A DNA stretch of 64,000 nt from Takakia lepidozioides. Lineage: Eukaryota > Plantae > Bryophyta. The notes beneath the pieces are model-generated. The model was not told the origin of the DNA. It ran no database searches and was given only the letters and a program-made list of their open reading frames with translations. The position numbers were made by a program, and so were the translations under genes. The stretch lies in assembly GCA_030704615.1 (NCBI GenBank), contig CM060731.1, positions 44,144,001 through 44,208,000 on the forward strand, given 5' to 3'. Below, piece by piece: positions 27,270 through 40,600 of this stretch (positions within the stretch are counted from its first letter, which is position 1; each line of letters opens with the position of its first letter).

Positions 27270-27691
27270 TGTTGAATGATATCATCAAGTAGTCAGTTTA
27301 CCAGTGAGCAATGTGCACTACTGACTATAATCTGTTACATGTAACTTTCTCTTCATATAGTTAGTTGCTAGTTAGTTTTCTTTATGTTACATATGGCCAT
27401 TCTTGGACTGTAGTTTCTGCTGCCTTTGTTTTTATGAGCTAGAGACGTTGCTCTCGACCTACTGCTACGTAGGTGTGTAATGAGGTGACGATGGACAGCC
27501 TAGTCTGGTGACAATTAATTCAATGACCATTGAATCCTGTAATGCTCAGATTTGTAGATCTTCAGCTGTTTGCTTGCTGAGTGTGTATTCTGCACATCTG
27601 TGAGTGCATTTGTGCTTGTCTAAGTACATGTCTAAATATGTCCACTGTTGACAGTTTCTATGTTTAGTTATCAAGAGCATGTAAAACAAAA
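27270..27691 (+). repeat. Copia 5' LTR (~420 bp)
   Basis: Starts TGTTGAATG and ends ..GTAAAACAAAA. Matches the reverse complement of 43934-44354 with roughly 15 differences counted by eye. Preceded by TSD TGAAC (27265-27269). Confidence 0.93.
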
Positions 27692-27704
27692 GGTTATGGG
27701 CCCA
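27692..27704 (+). promoter_or_regulatory. Copia primer-binding site of the half-tRNA(iMet) type
   Basis: GGTTATGGGCCCA directly after the LTR, the same PBS core as Drosophila copia, complementary to the internal anticodon-arm region of initiator tRNA-Met. Confidence 0.85.
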
Positions 27705-27817
27705 CAAAGCGCATGAGCCGCTGCTAAACATTCTTGTCGTGTTAGTATTACAGTCTGTGCGTTAAAGTCGCACGAAAGGTTGAGGTTATTAGGAGTGTCA
27801 ATCCAGATCCGGTCAAG

Positions 27818-30800
27818 ATGGAAGCTCCAAAGGAGGGTAGTAACGTTGAGCATTTCGATGGAAACAATTTTGTCACGTGGAAATATCAGATGCAGGCTAT
27901 CTTTCGTAGCAAGGGTCTCATGGGTCTAGTGAGCGGTGAACAACCAATCCAAGAGTCCACAAACGAGGAAGCGTGGAGGCAGAGAGACAGTCAGGCCATC
28001 AGCACTTTGTTCAACGATAGACAAAAGGATTCTTAAGAACCTGATAGGGTGTGAGACGTCGTCTGAGATATGGCAGAATCTGCTAACCATTCATGAACTA
28101 CGAGCGAGTGAAAATATCCAGTATCTGACTGGGAAATTTTACAAAGCTCAGATGGACGAAGGGGAGGATGTGTCTGCATTCATATCTCGTGTCCAGGTGA
28201 TTATCACTCAGTTGAAGAGCATGGGTCACAACAGGTTCGATCAAAACGATGTCATGGTCAAGATTTTGTGTCATCTGCCTGCGAAGTTCGATGGTTTCTT
28301 GTCAGCCTGGGATAGTATACCTGACGAAGAAAAGAATCTAGAAATTCTCAAATTACGACTCCTAAGAGAAGAGAATCGGATCAAGATCCGTTGTGAGAAA
28401 GAAGCCGAGGGTGTAAAAGCCTTCTTGGCGAACAAGGGCAAGAGAAGTAGTGGGAGTAGTAATGGGAGTGCGTCAAAGGGCAGTAGCGGAGAGAAACCGA
28501 ACCTGAGTTATGAAGAGAGACAAGAGCGTAGGACCAAGATCGCTGAGCTCAAAAAGAACACTCGTTGTTTCAAATGTGGAAAGACCGGGCAGTGGGGTCG
28601 AGAGTGTCCAGAAAACAAAGATGGTGGAGAGGGTAAAGCAAAGAAAGATGACGAAAAACCAGAGAATAAGAGCTATCGTGCGTGGATGGCCAGTGAAGGG
28701 GAAGGAGACTATGACCCAACAGCGTGGTATGCCAATAGTGGTGCTACTCAGCACATGACAGACCAGCGTCACTGGTTCGCTACCTACCAAGATGTATCAA
28801 CGTACAAGCGCCCTGTAACTGGCATTGGGAACCAAGAATATTTAGTCGAAGGAGTGGGAGACATTTCCATTCTGGTCAAGATCAATGGGGTGTGGGAGAG
28901 TAATGTGATGAAGGAGGTTCTTTATGTACCCGGTCTTCGGAGGAACCTATTTTCAGTAGTCAGAGCAGCCAAGCGCGATGTCAATACTCTTCACACCAAG
29001 AATGGATGTCTAATGCTTTACAAAGGGAGAACAGTGATGGAAGGGACGATCAGAGGCAATATGTATAAGCTGAACATCAAGGTAGACATACCCAGAGAAA
29101 CGGCGTGCCCCGCTAGTACTTTTGGCGTCATATCACAAGCCGAGATGAGTCGTGATCTGAACATTTGGCACAGGCGACTTGGCCATGTACATCACGGGGC
29201 GATTCAGACTATGGAGACGAAGAACATGGTTGAAGGACTTATCCTCACCAAGAAAGGGAGAGACGTCAAATTCTGCGAGGGGTGCGTTCTTGGTAAGAGT
29301 ACCCGAACTACTTTTCCATAGAAAGAAAGTCGCACTAGAGCTGCAAAACCCGGAGATCTGGTGCACAGTGATGTGTGCGGTCCCATCAGTGTCCAATCAG
29401 TGGGAGGCAGCAGTTATTTTGTTTTGTTCAAGGACAATGCAACTGTGTACAGAGTGGTATATTGCATTGCTGCTAAATCTGAGACACTGAGGTGCTTCCA
29501 AGATTTTGTGAAACTATTGTTTAGAGAGACAGGCGAGAAGGTCAAGGTCATGAGGAGTGATCCTGGGGGGGGGGAATACACTGGGACTAAATTCTTTGAG
29601 TTTATGAGAGAGCTGGGAGCCAAGCATGAGTTCACGGCACCACATTCGCCTGAGCAGAATGGGGCCTCAGAGCGGGAAAATCGCACAGTGATGGACATGG
29701 TGCGCAACATGATTTATTCAAGCAATGTGCACCCACGATTCTGGGGAGAAGCGGTTCTCACGCCTGTCTACATACTCAATCGGACGGCATCGAGAACGCT
29801 GGAAGGATTCACACCATATGAGGCATGGTCGTGAGGAAAACCCTCAGTAGCACATATGAGGATCTTTGGGTGTGATGCCTACGTGCATGTGCCAAAGTCA
29901 CTCATGACCAAAATTGAACCCAAAAGCAAGAAGGGAGTATTTGTGGGTTACAGCCAGGCAAGCAAAGCCTACCGAGTGTGGATTACAGATTCTCGGAAGA
30001 TTGTGGAAAGTCGGGATGTGATATTTGATGAGATTGGATCTGTTGGTTTGAGCAAGGAGAAGAAACAACCAAACAGTGGGAGTAAGAGCGACACAACCCC
30101 AACGGTGATATGCGAGCTGCTTGAGGCAGGGCCGCAGCCAGTGCCAATAGTGGCACAAGACATCGGACCAGACTCAGACCAAGACTGTGAGCCTGATGTA
30201 ATCAGTAGCAGCGAGGACAATACAGAAGCAGTGGGAGAGATTGTACCGGCAGCGGAAAACTTGGTGAACGAAGAAGGAGCACAAACTGAAAACATACCAC
30301 ATGATGGCATTGAGGAGCAGGGGAATAGAAGAAGTGACAGCAAAAGAGGTTCCCAGGATTCGAAACCCACCTACCAGACTGGGAGACTGGATTTACCCCA
30401 TAGATCGCAACACATATGCTTGCACGGCCAGTATCGAACAGATCCCCGACGAACCAAAATCATTTGAAGAGGCCATGAAGTCAGAGCAAAATGAGGAATG
30501 GCTCAAGGCCATGCAAGACGAGTACAACTCGTTGATACAAAACGAGACATGGGTACTTGAGGACCTGCCAAAGGGACGACAGGTCATCAGATGTAAGTGG
30601 GTCTTCAAGGTAAAGACCAACGTTGAAGGAGGAGTGGAGCGCTACAAGGCACGTCTCATTGCAAAAAGGGGTTTACCCAAAGAGTAGGAATAGATTTCCA
30701 TGAGACTTTTTCACCCGTGGTACAATTCGATTCTATCCGAACTATTCTGTCGATTGCTACTACAGAGGACATGGATATAGTGCAATTCGATGTGCGCACC

Positions 30801-31946
30801 GCTTTTCTCTACGGGGAATTATCTGAGATTATATTCATGGAGCAACCTCACAGGTTCGAGGACCCAACAAACAAGGGAAAGGTTTGCCGTCTTAAGAAGG
30901 CATTATATGGCCTAAAACAGGCAAGTAGGGTTTGGAACAAGCGTTTCAACACCTTTCTGACAATATACGATCTAGTGCCAAGCTCAGCTGATTCATGCGT
31001 TTATTTTGGGCAGATGAATCCCAAGCTGCTTGTCACTATATTTGTCAACAACTGGTTGGCCTGTAGCAGGAAGACTGGAAGAGTGAACGAGATCTTGTCC
31101 TATATGGGAGAGGCTTCACCATCACCAAAGGTCTGCCAGAGATCTATGTCGGGCTGCATGTTACTCGGAACAGGGAAGCAAGGACCATGAGAATTGACCA
31201 GAGCAGGTACATTCAAAAGGTGCTCAAGAAGTTTGGGTATGAAAATGCACATGTTGTAACCACTCCTATTGATCCACACGTTCGTCTGGATGTGATATGT
31301 ACACATGGAAGAACCAGAATTCCCTTACAGGGAGATCATTGGAAGCTTGCAATTTGCCAGCTTGGGATCACGGCCAGATATTACCTATGCAGTCAGCACT
31401 GCCGCAAAATATTGCTCAAATCCCAAAAGGTCGCACTGCTCGGCGGTAAAACGGATCCTGAGGTATCTGAAGGGAGTACCCAATTTAGGAATTACCTATG
31501 GGGGGCAAGAGTAGCCACATGCACTCAAGGCCTATTGCGATTCAGACTATGCGGGGGATGCGGATGACAGGAAGTCTCGCACTGGTGTTGTAGTGTTCCT
31601 AAACGGTGGACTGGTCAGCTGGGTGAGCCGTAAACAGACATGCACAGCAACGAGCACCACTGAGGCCGAGTATATCGCAGGTTTTGTTCGTGTGGCTGAG
31701 GAGGCTGTTGGGAGATGTAGGGTTTGCTGCACAGACACCCACCCCACTTTACTCGGACAACCAGGCGTGCATTCGCCTCGTCAAGAACCCGGAGTTCCAC
31801 CAGCGTACTAAGCATGTGGATGTCAAGTATCACTTCATCCGTGAGAAATATGAAGCGGGAGAGATCAGCGTCGAGTATGTGGGGACAGCGAACCAAATTG
31901 CAGACGTTCTGACGAAGGGGTTGGCTCCTGATAAGTTCCTGCGAAT
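27818..31946 (+). pseudogene. Copia gag-pol polyprotein, disrupted by frameshifts and stops
   Basis: Gag: HFDGNNFVTWKYQM. Degenerate Zn knuckle: CFKCGKTGQWGREC. Protease with D>N: WYANSGATQHM. Integrase: WHRRLGH..CEGC, HSDVCGP..PEQNGASEREN. RT: YKARLIAK..QFDVRTAFLYG..LYGLKQA. RNase H: CDSDYAG..RTKHVDVKYHF. Split over at least 7 ORFs. Confidence 0.95.
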
Positions 31947-32978
31947 TGTCGCACGGCTTTTACTCACCCATCCCTTCGCTATTCGAGGCGGAAACTCCAA
32001 GATAGAAGAGTTGGAAATCTCTAAGTACTCAGCCCGCGCAGAACAATCAGTCATGACCTACAGCTAGGGTATCATGGGGGTGTTTCCTATTTGTTTCCCT
32101 TTTGGCATTCATGTTAACTACCTTACCATTGATAATTAAGTATCAGTTTGCTTTATCAATCTATTGGATTCCGTCAACTCATCCATTCATTCCACAGCTT
32201 CACTCAGATCTCTTTACACAGTGTGAGTGTATCGTAAAAGTATCCGATTATGATTTATTAGGTATCAGGCCGAAGCCATTGTGTCTCTAATCTGCTCTAC
32301 AATATCATTACAGCCTTGCATATAACAAGCATCTACTCATCATCTCTCTATCTTCACTTCCGTTCTTCATCTCTGCCCCATCCCCTCTCCTCCATGACCA
32401 AGAAGTCCTCCTCCCAATGATATCCCCTGAAATTCCCCGTTTCTCCCTTTATCTTCCTATCCGTGGTTCTAACCGTTTCCCTCACTAACCGTCGTCTGTG
32501 AACTAACATGTTCCCTTCGCAGGTGTTGTTCCCCACAGTCGTTCCCTGTCCTACTCTTCGTTCCCTATGATCGTGACAGCTGTGTCAAGCTGTGACTGGC
32601 TGTGTGAATCTGTGACGGGCTGTGACTGGCTGTGCGACTGTGTTTGGCTGTGTCGGGCTGTGACTGGCTGTGTGGCTGTGTCGGCTGTGTCTGTTGTGAC
32701 GACTGTGACGGGCTGTGTTGGCTGTGTCGGCTGTGTCGGCTGTGACGACTGTGACGGGCTGTGTTGGCTGTGTCGGCTGTGTCGGCTGTGACGACTGTGA
32801 CGGGCTGTGTTGGCTGTGTCGGTTGTGTCTGCTGTGACGACTGTGACGAGCTGTGTAACCCCCCTCTACAGTGCGCTGTTGTCACCCCTAAGGCTCATGT
32901 TGGTCTCAGTCTGTGCAAAAATTAAGGGTACTCTACAGATCCCGTATAAGTGTCTAAGTCCCCGACAGTCCTCTAACA
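31947..32978 (-). repeat. Gypsy 3' LTR (~1030 bp) with an internal (TCACAGCC/GACACAGCC)-type repeat array at ~32575-32855
   Basis: TG...CA ends. Near-identical to 44464-45485 in the opposite orientation. Purine tract (plus strand tcccttccccccctc, ~32982-32996) adjoins it. Confidence 0.95.
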
Positions 32979-33016
32979 TTATCCCTTCCCCCCTCAAAAA
33001 ACCGTGTCCTCACGGT

Positions 33017-36000
33017 TTACTGATTTCGATTAGCAAACCTTTGTGAGTGATCACCTTTTTGACGTTGAGAGTTTCGTGGCGGACTGTCTGTACGAGCCCT
33101 AGGTCTGTCTCTGTTTGACGGAGATGGTTGGTCACTACCTGGATAAGTGAGGCCCTCTGGAGGCTGATATTGAGGTAACCTTTCCGGCATATGAGACCCC
33201 CGTCGCTTCTTCTCTGCCATCTGAACTGCATAGTCTTCTCCCATGTCAAAAGAATTCGGTGAAGAAACAGTTGTATCAGAATCCTCATCGCCTCTCAGGT
33301 GTTTTAATTTTCGAACTTTTTGTGGAATCATCTGGGGCATACAATGCTGTCCTACCATGTCTGGAAGTTTATATTTTACAACTTGGTGTAACCGCTGAAC
33401 AGCAAAATTGGTGTAGACACTGAGCTCCTTGTCTGTCCAGGTGAGTGGGGTACCAATTACTGGTGCAGCGTGCAAGTATTTCCATGCCACATGTCCCTTA
33501 TAGAAAATATCATCAATGCCGAATTGTTCCAGGCCGCTTGAAACCATGAACGAATTTGAGAATCCTTTTGCATCATAACTTTTGGGTCATATAGGTACAT
33601 ATGAGGTGGCACCGAAGGTAATACCCAATGATCTCCACTGGAATAACTCAGAAAGCGTGTTTGCATCTTTTGTTGCTCAATGTGGTAACGTACCAGAAAA
33701 CAAGCAGCGTAGTATAACCCGCATCCCATGACAATACTTGCTACCTCCTTGGTCTTGGTATAAATGAGTCCATGTACAACCTGGAAAGCAATCAATTCCC
33801 TCAACATGGTACCTGCCTCGTGCCAGTATTTGTGCAAAGTGATGATCTTCAATATGTCGATTGTTCGGAAGAACTTTAGTCCTAGTTGCCACTGGCAGCC
33901 AAATACGCATGATTTGGTAGTAATGTGCGAATGACTGCGGATGACTAAATTCTTTCCAAGCCAAATCTAACATGATGGGAATTTGGTTGAAGGGCATAAT
34001 CATAGCCCTACTGTACTCCCTTGTAGCTGGAGTTTTAGGTGGGTTAAAAGCAGCATTGCCCCATACCTCAGGCTGTGGTGGCTGTGGTGTGGTTGTAGTA
34101 ACCACAGGTTCAGCTACTGGTACAGTGACTTGTTGTGGTGGTGGTGGTACTGGCTCTTGTATCATTGGCATCTCCTGCACCTCCTGTGAAGACTGAAAAG
34201 CCAAAGTTCTGGCTTGTAAATAAGAAGCCATTAGCTGTTCCTGAGGGATATAGACTCTTTTGTCGATGTTTGAAGTGAGGTCCTCCACTTGAGTCTGCAG
34301 TCCGTCTAAATCCTCTTGTAACTCTGCTATCCTACTATAGACATTGTCTATAGTAGTTGTGGCAATGTTATGCACCTGCAGCCTGAGTTCATTCATCTCG
34401 CTTTGGGTGAGCCTTCGTGGTGCTTTGCCCTCTACTGGCCCTTGTGCTAACCAGACCTGCATAAGGCTGTTATCCACCAAGTTGCTTGTGGTTCTCCTGA
34501 GAGTTTGCTCCTCTCTTAGCTTGTACACTTCTAACTGCTGTTGTAAAGCCTCCATGCGCTTCGCCTGAGGTTCAACCAACTTCGCATAGGCAGCAGCCAG
34601 ATTATTAGCTTCCCTCCAAGCCTTGTTATTGACCGCGATTTCATTTCTATTGGCCATGATCGTTTGGTGCAACTCCACGATGTGCTTCTCTTGATCAGCT
34701 TCAACCTGCCTGTATTGCTTGAAAGCATCCTCATTGCGACAGATTGTATTCTTCATATCGACAATGAGTTTCAATTGCTCAACATTCTCCTCTTCTGCCT
34801 TCGTACATTTTTCCGCTTGACTGTTTATTTCTTTTGTAGATTGTTCAAGCATAGTTGTGAATGTAGCACATTGTATCGCCATCCTGTCATGCACTGTCTG
34901 CAACTCCGTATGTAGTGCATTCACTTCTTGCTTGCTTTCATGCTGCACCTGCATTTGGTAGAGCTGTTGCTTATGTGCTTCGTGCAACTGGTCTTGCGCG
35001 AGGCCTGCCTCAATCAATTGTTCCTTGGCCAATTGCAAAGCCGCTTCTGTATTTCCCAAGTCCTGCTGCATCTTGAGAGTGACCTCTTCATCGACCTTGT
35101 TTGCACACTCAGTGGCTAGTCGAGCCTTGAACTCCTTCCTGAGTTCCTCTCTCAAGGCTGTCAATTGGGTAGTTGGAACATGGGATTTGACATAAGTCCC
35201 CAACAAATTAAGTGTCATGCCTATGGAACTCATCAGCATTGCCTGTTGAGGGTCATCATGGTGAGGTTGCTGCTGTTCCTCTTGATCCTCAACAGTGTGA
35301 TGTCTCACGAACCATTCAGACCATTGTCCCACCGGATTTTCTTCCTGAACTACTTCATCTATCACCGGTGCTACAGTGTCATGACCTTCCGCCTGTGGTA
35401 CCTCCGACACATGTGTGTGTATTATATGCACCTCAGGATTTCCCTTGGGCAACTGTTGCACCTCTGGGATCTCTGTCTCCTTGACCAGACCAGAATATTC
35501 ATAGAGAAGGTCCCCCTTCTCCATTTCTGCCACTATCTGCTCTGTAGTTGGAATATCTAACCCTTCTCTTTCCAAATCAATTATTTCTGGTTGAGCTGCA
35601 TGGACAACTTGTGACCTTGTGACAAGTCGATCAGCTGGCTGTGATGGTTGTGATACAGAAGTAACTTTCTCCTCCCTCTCTGAAGGTCCTGCTTCCAGTA
35701 ATAGCATTTCTCTATGCTGTTGTGCCCCTTCCTGGCCATGAGCTTGGGAAACATTATCATGCGGAATCCGTGAAGCCAGTGGATCCGCCACTACAGTCTT
35801 TCCCCGTCTCTGCCTCTTAGTCTGGGTTGCCCTGCTAGTCCACCCTCACTGTGTGAAGAGCCTTGCTCTTCCATTGCAGTGGTTTCTGGCTCAAACACTC
35901 CCATTTCCTTTCTTTCTTGCGCATCAAGTATGCCAGAATCAAGGATTATTTGAGCAATGATTGGGCCAGACACTATGATAGGAGACTTTGCGGTAGTACC

Positions 36001-36432
36001 TTGTAATCTTTTCATCTCCTCCACCAGTGTGTTGTACATTATGTCCGCCCATTGTACCTCTTGTCCCTTCAGGCCTTTGAGTATTTCCTCCGTGAAGGAT
36101 CTGCTCAAATACTGTTGGTTCTGTTTCATGGCAATCAGAACGTTCAATACCTGGCCTACCTCTTTTAGCCCTGGGTACACAGCCTTGGTACAAGCATAAC
36201 CCTGAGTTTTAAATAAACTCCCTTCTTGGAATAAGTCCCCTATTTGCAGTCTTGCCCTGTGTTCCTCCACATGCACCTGACCTGCTGGCAATCGAAACAA
36301 TTGCTGGAGGTATAGGGGAGTAATCATCAATTCAACTCCCTTCACCGTTGTTGTTCCTGTCCTTGGCTCAAAGTTCTGCAAAAATTGTAACATGTACTGT
36401 CTATGGTGTAATGTCCAATCTAGGCTTTGCAA
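33017..36432 (-). CDS. Extra 3' ORF(s) of the Gypsy element: plant-transposon-protein-like N-terminal domain followed by a long coiled coil; broken by frameshifts
   Basis: ORFs 35791-36432 (QFLQNF..TTTVKGVELMITP..LQQLFRLP..W), 33677-35791 (704 aa, E/Q/L-rich heptads), 33457-33852 and 33017-33547 lie between integrase and PPT in the element's sense orientation. Confidence 0.7.
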
Positions 36433-37245
36433 TCCTTACAATCTCAGCTCCTCCAGTATCTGTATCGCCTGTGGGGTAGCAATCGTTTGTTTCTGCAGAA
36501 TTGTGGTGCTCTTCACCCTGATTTCCTCCATTCCTCTCACTCTCTTCATTTTAGACTCACAGAACTGTTTTGGCTGTAACAACTGCAGGAATGCCTGTAG
36601 TGCACAAAGCATAAACGTATGGTTGCCGCAGAAAGCTATGGGTAATTTCTTGTAAGCCTGCGGGGCTTGCAAGCATCGCTCAAGAGAAAAGCTCCTCTCT
36701 GTCCTTTCGTGTCTATGCCACTGCGTAAGTAATATTGCGAGCGTATAGTCTGTTAGTTCCTCCATAGTTTCCAAGCTATAGCATTGATGGTCTGTCCCGT
36801 CGAGACGCCCGTTACTCAGAACGACGCCGCCTCTTGCGCTCAATTTCCCTCCATTTTCTTGATCCTTTCTCTGGTTTTCTATTGGCTGTATCCGTTGTGA
36901 CTGGATTTTAGATTTTATTTTCTTTAGTGGTCTTTCCCTGCTGGATAGTCCACTAGGATCACACATGTGACAAGAATTTCGCTTTTCTGTACTTGCCGTT
37001 CGTTCCGTTTCCCTTTTTCCGTATTCATTAATGGGCCCGCCTTTCATCCCTTTTGACGGCCGTTCTTGTCCTCTTTCTTTTTGACACCTGTTCTTGCACT
37101 TCCTTCTCGGCTGTGTGTCGCGCCCTGACCTCCACGTGTCTATTTTTAAAGTAATTTCCGTTTTCTCTTTCGTCAGCCATTTTCCTGAAGTTATTATGCG
37201 TCCACCTGTCACTGATTCTATGGATTGTGTAACTTTAGTAGGCTG

Positions 37246-37512
37246 TGTTGAGCTGTGACAGGCTGTGTCATACTGTGTTACGCTGTGATAGGCTGTGATA
37301 CACTGTGGTAAGCTGTGATAGGCTGTGACACGCTGTGGTAGGTTGTGATAGGCTGTGTTGCGCCGTGCTGGGCTGTGATAGGCTGTGTCACGTTGTGATG
37401 GGCTGTGATAGGTTGTGTCACGTCGTGATGGGCTGTGATAGGCTGTGCTTTGCCTTGATGGGCTGTGATAGGCTGTGTCACGTCGTGATGGCCTATGATA
37501 GGCTGTGTCACG
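37246..37512. repeat. Tandem array, 30-bp period built from 10-bp GGCTGTGATA-like subunits, between pol and the extra ORF
   Basis: GGCTGTG starts at 37261, 37321, 37381, 37441 and 37501; units resemble ggctgtgata ggctgtgtca cgtcgtgatg. Confidence 0.9.
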
Positions 37513-37689
37513 TTTGTTTTGCCCGCCCTGGTCATATATGCTGGGCCTAGCGACAAGTGCTCTATACTCCGTTCGTAACACTGGTGCAGCCCGTGACTGC
37601 TCTTGCGGTTCAATATGCAAATCATGCTGCAAGGGTTTGTCATGGATACCACTGTACCCCTTCAACTTATTGGCATTGACTCTTCTCAG

Positions 37690-40600
37690 CATTTCTTTGT
37701 TAATGGTTTGTAACATGGCGGTGTTGTTATCATACATCTTTTGTATGACATAAGGTCATTTCCATGGTGATTTAAGCTTAGAAGCTTGAATCTTTCCTTT
37801 CTTCTGTAACCATAGAACCAAATCCCCCGTCTTAAAAGTCTTTAACTTGCCTTCATCAAACTGTTCCTTTCGCTTCATCTGAATTCAGGTCATATTATCA
37901 GCTGCATCAGCACGTACTTCTTCCACATGGTATAATTCATGTTTCCTGACCTTGATGGAGTCTTGCAATTCCATTCTTTTTCCCCACTCCGTTCTCATGG
38001 TAGGTAACAGGAATTCCACTGGAAGTAAGGCTTCCATACCATAAACTAATTGGAATGGTGTATACTTAGTGGTGACTTTATATGAAGTCCTGTATGACCA
38101 CAAAGCTGTCAGCAGCTTTGTATCCCAATCCGTTCTGTTTGCATTGACTATCTTAGCCAAGATAGTACATAGTATTTTGTTGGTAGCCTCTGCCTGCCCA
38201 TTACCCTGTGGGTAATATGTTGTACTCTTTCTATGCACAATCATAAACTCTTTAGTCAACAACTCAATGGTCTCATTCATGAAGTGACTTCCCTGATCAC
38301 TGATAAATTCTAAGGGACAGCCAAATCGTGTAAGTATGTTCTCGTACAGGAACCTTGCTGTGGATTTGGCTGTGTTGTCCCTCAAAGCTTTAGCTTCCAC
38401 CCACTTTGTAGTATAATCAGTGGCTGTAATTATGTACCTGTTTCGTGTATTCTTGGATGGTGGGTTAATTGGTCCAACAAAGTCTAGTCCCCATTTCTGA
38501 AATGGTTCCGTAGGCATTGTAGGATGCAAGGCCATCCTTCCATATCTCTGCAAAGGTCCTAGCCTCTGACATTCATCACACTTCTGACAATACTCGTGTA
38601 CATCTTTGAACAAAGTAGGCCACCAGTATCCTGCGAGTAGTATCTTCCTACTGGTAGTCTCTTCTCCAAAATGACCTCCAGCCACTCCTTTATGAACTTC
38701 CGCCAAAACTTTATTTACTTCATGGTGGTACAAGCATCGTTTTAGTACTCCATCAGGTCCTAACTTATACTTCCTACCATAGTATAAGGTAAAGCTTTGA
38801 TAGCGATTCTCTTCCTCTGCTCCTTACCATAACTAGGTGGGCACTGACCATGAGCAAGGTAGTATCTGATTGGCCACTGCCAATCTAACCAGTCATCTGC
38901 ACTTCCCTGCACCTCCACTGCAAAGAGACTCGCATCTGGTAATTGATCATCTATTCTTGTGGCTGGTTCTCCTGTTGACAATCGTGACAAATGATCCGCC
39001 ACAAGATGCAGTCTCCCAGGCTTGTAAACAACCTCGAACTCAAACTCGTGCAAGATTATCAACCATCTTGCTATTCTTCCGCTTATCAGAGGTTTGTTTA
39101 CCAGGTATATCAGAGCCTGGTGATCCACATAGAACATAAACTTCTTGCCCAACAGGTAATGCCTGAATTTCTTCACTGCATAGATCATTGCCAATGCTTC
39201 TCTTTCCGTTGTGCTATAGTTCCTCTCAGCACTGTTCATCAACCGGCTAGCATAGTACACAGGTGAATCTATATTCCCTGTAACATTCTGGGCTAACACC
39301 GCTGCCAACGCTTCTCCTGATGCATCGCAGTGAACATGGAATACTACATGTCAGTGAGGGTTAATCAGCACAGGTGTAGTTGTTACTGACAGTGTAAGTT
39401 CCTCAAATGCCTGTTGACATTCAGCTGTCCAGGCAAACACTGCATCTTTCTTCAGTAGTTTGCTCAATGGTGCTGCTATTTGTGCATACCTTTTGACAAA
39501 TCTCCTGTAATAACTGGTTTGCCCAAGGAATCTCCGTAGACTTTTAACATTCACTGGTGGTGGAGAGGCTTTAATGGACTCTGTCTTTCTGGGATCCACA
39601 AGGAGTCCCTTCTTACACACAATGTGTCCCAGAAGCACCCCTGAGTTCACACAGAAAGTACACTTTTCTGGATTCAGGCCCAGACCTCTCATCCTGCATC
39701 TGGCCAAACATAACTCCAATTTATGCAAGTGCTCATTCTTAGAGCTGTACACACTGAAATCATCCAAGAATACCTGCATGAAATCATCCAGATACTCATG
39801 AAAAGATTCACTTATCACTCTCTGAAAGGTCGCTGGTGCATTACAAAGTCCAAAGGGCATGACTTTGTATGCATAAGCCCCCCAGTCTGTGATGAAAGCT
39901 GTTTTCCCTTGGTCTTCTTCTGCCACTTGCACTTGATTATAACCACTGAAGCCATCCATGAATGAGTACATCTCATGGCCTGCCACAGTGTCTAATACTG
40001 CTTCTGTGAATGACAAAGGGAAAGGATCTTTCTTCGTACAAGCATTCAGCTTCTTATAGTTCACACATACTCTTAGTTTGCCATTCTTCTTGGGAACTAT
40101 AACAATGGGTGACAACCAAGTTGTATACTCTATTGGGTATATAAACTTAGCCTCAGCCAACTTCTTTATCTCTTCTCCAACCTTCTGTGCATAGTTGGGA
40201 TTCATTCTATACCTCGCCTGCTTGATTGGTACTGACCCTGGTTCCAGTTCAATCTTATGCTGACAGACTTCAGGTGGTATCCCTTTTAGATCCTCATAGC
40301 TCCAAGCAAATACATCTCTGTATTTGATGAACAAGCTTTTAGCTTCTTCGAAGAATTCCGGCTCCAAATCAGCTCCTACTTTCACCATCCTCGGTTCTTT
40401 TTTTATTCCCACATTCACTTCCCTCACCTGCTCATCAGCTGTGATTGTCCAACCAGTCACCACTTCATCCTGTAAGCTCACAGTGGCTGGTTCTTCTAGG
40501 ATTTCTATTTCTCCTTCTCTTTCTTCATAGAAATGTGATGGGTAAATGCTGGTTTCCTCTTCAGTTGGTGTTGCTGTCACTACACCACAACAGATACCTC

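Larger units (their letters stand above)
27270..31946 (+). mobile_element. Ty1/Copia LTR retrotransposon, main body (5' LTR + gag-pol); 3' end displaced to 43934-44463 by an inversion
   Basis: LTR, PBS and gag-PR-INT-RT-RH order. Interrupted after ..GLAPDKFLR by a Gypsy LTR at 31947. Confidence 0.95.

Noticed and set aside
32565-32885. ORFs such as HSRHSRHS / CVGCVGC in the LTRs and at 56981-57361
   Set aside because: Artefacts of stop-free tandem repeats.
37246-37512. CRISPR-like regular repeats
   Set aside because: No unique spacers, no cas genes, eukaryotic context.
36436-37737. 433-aa ORF following integrase
   Set aside because: Much of it is translated 30-bp tandem repeat plus low-complexity spacer; only the first part is the integrase tail. 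Not treated as a separate gene.
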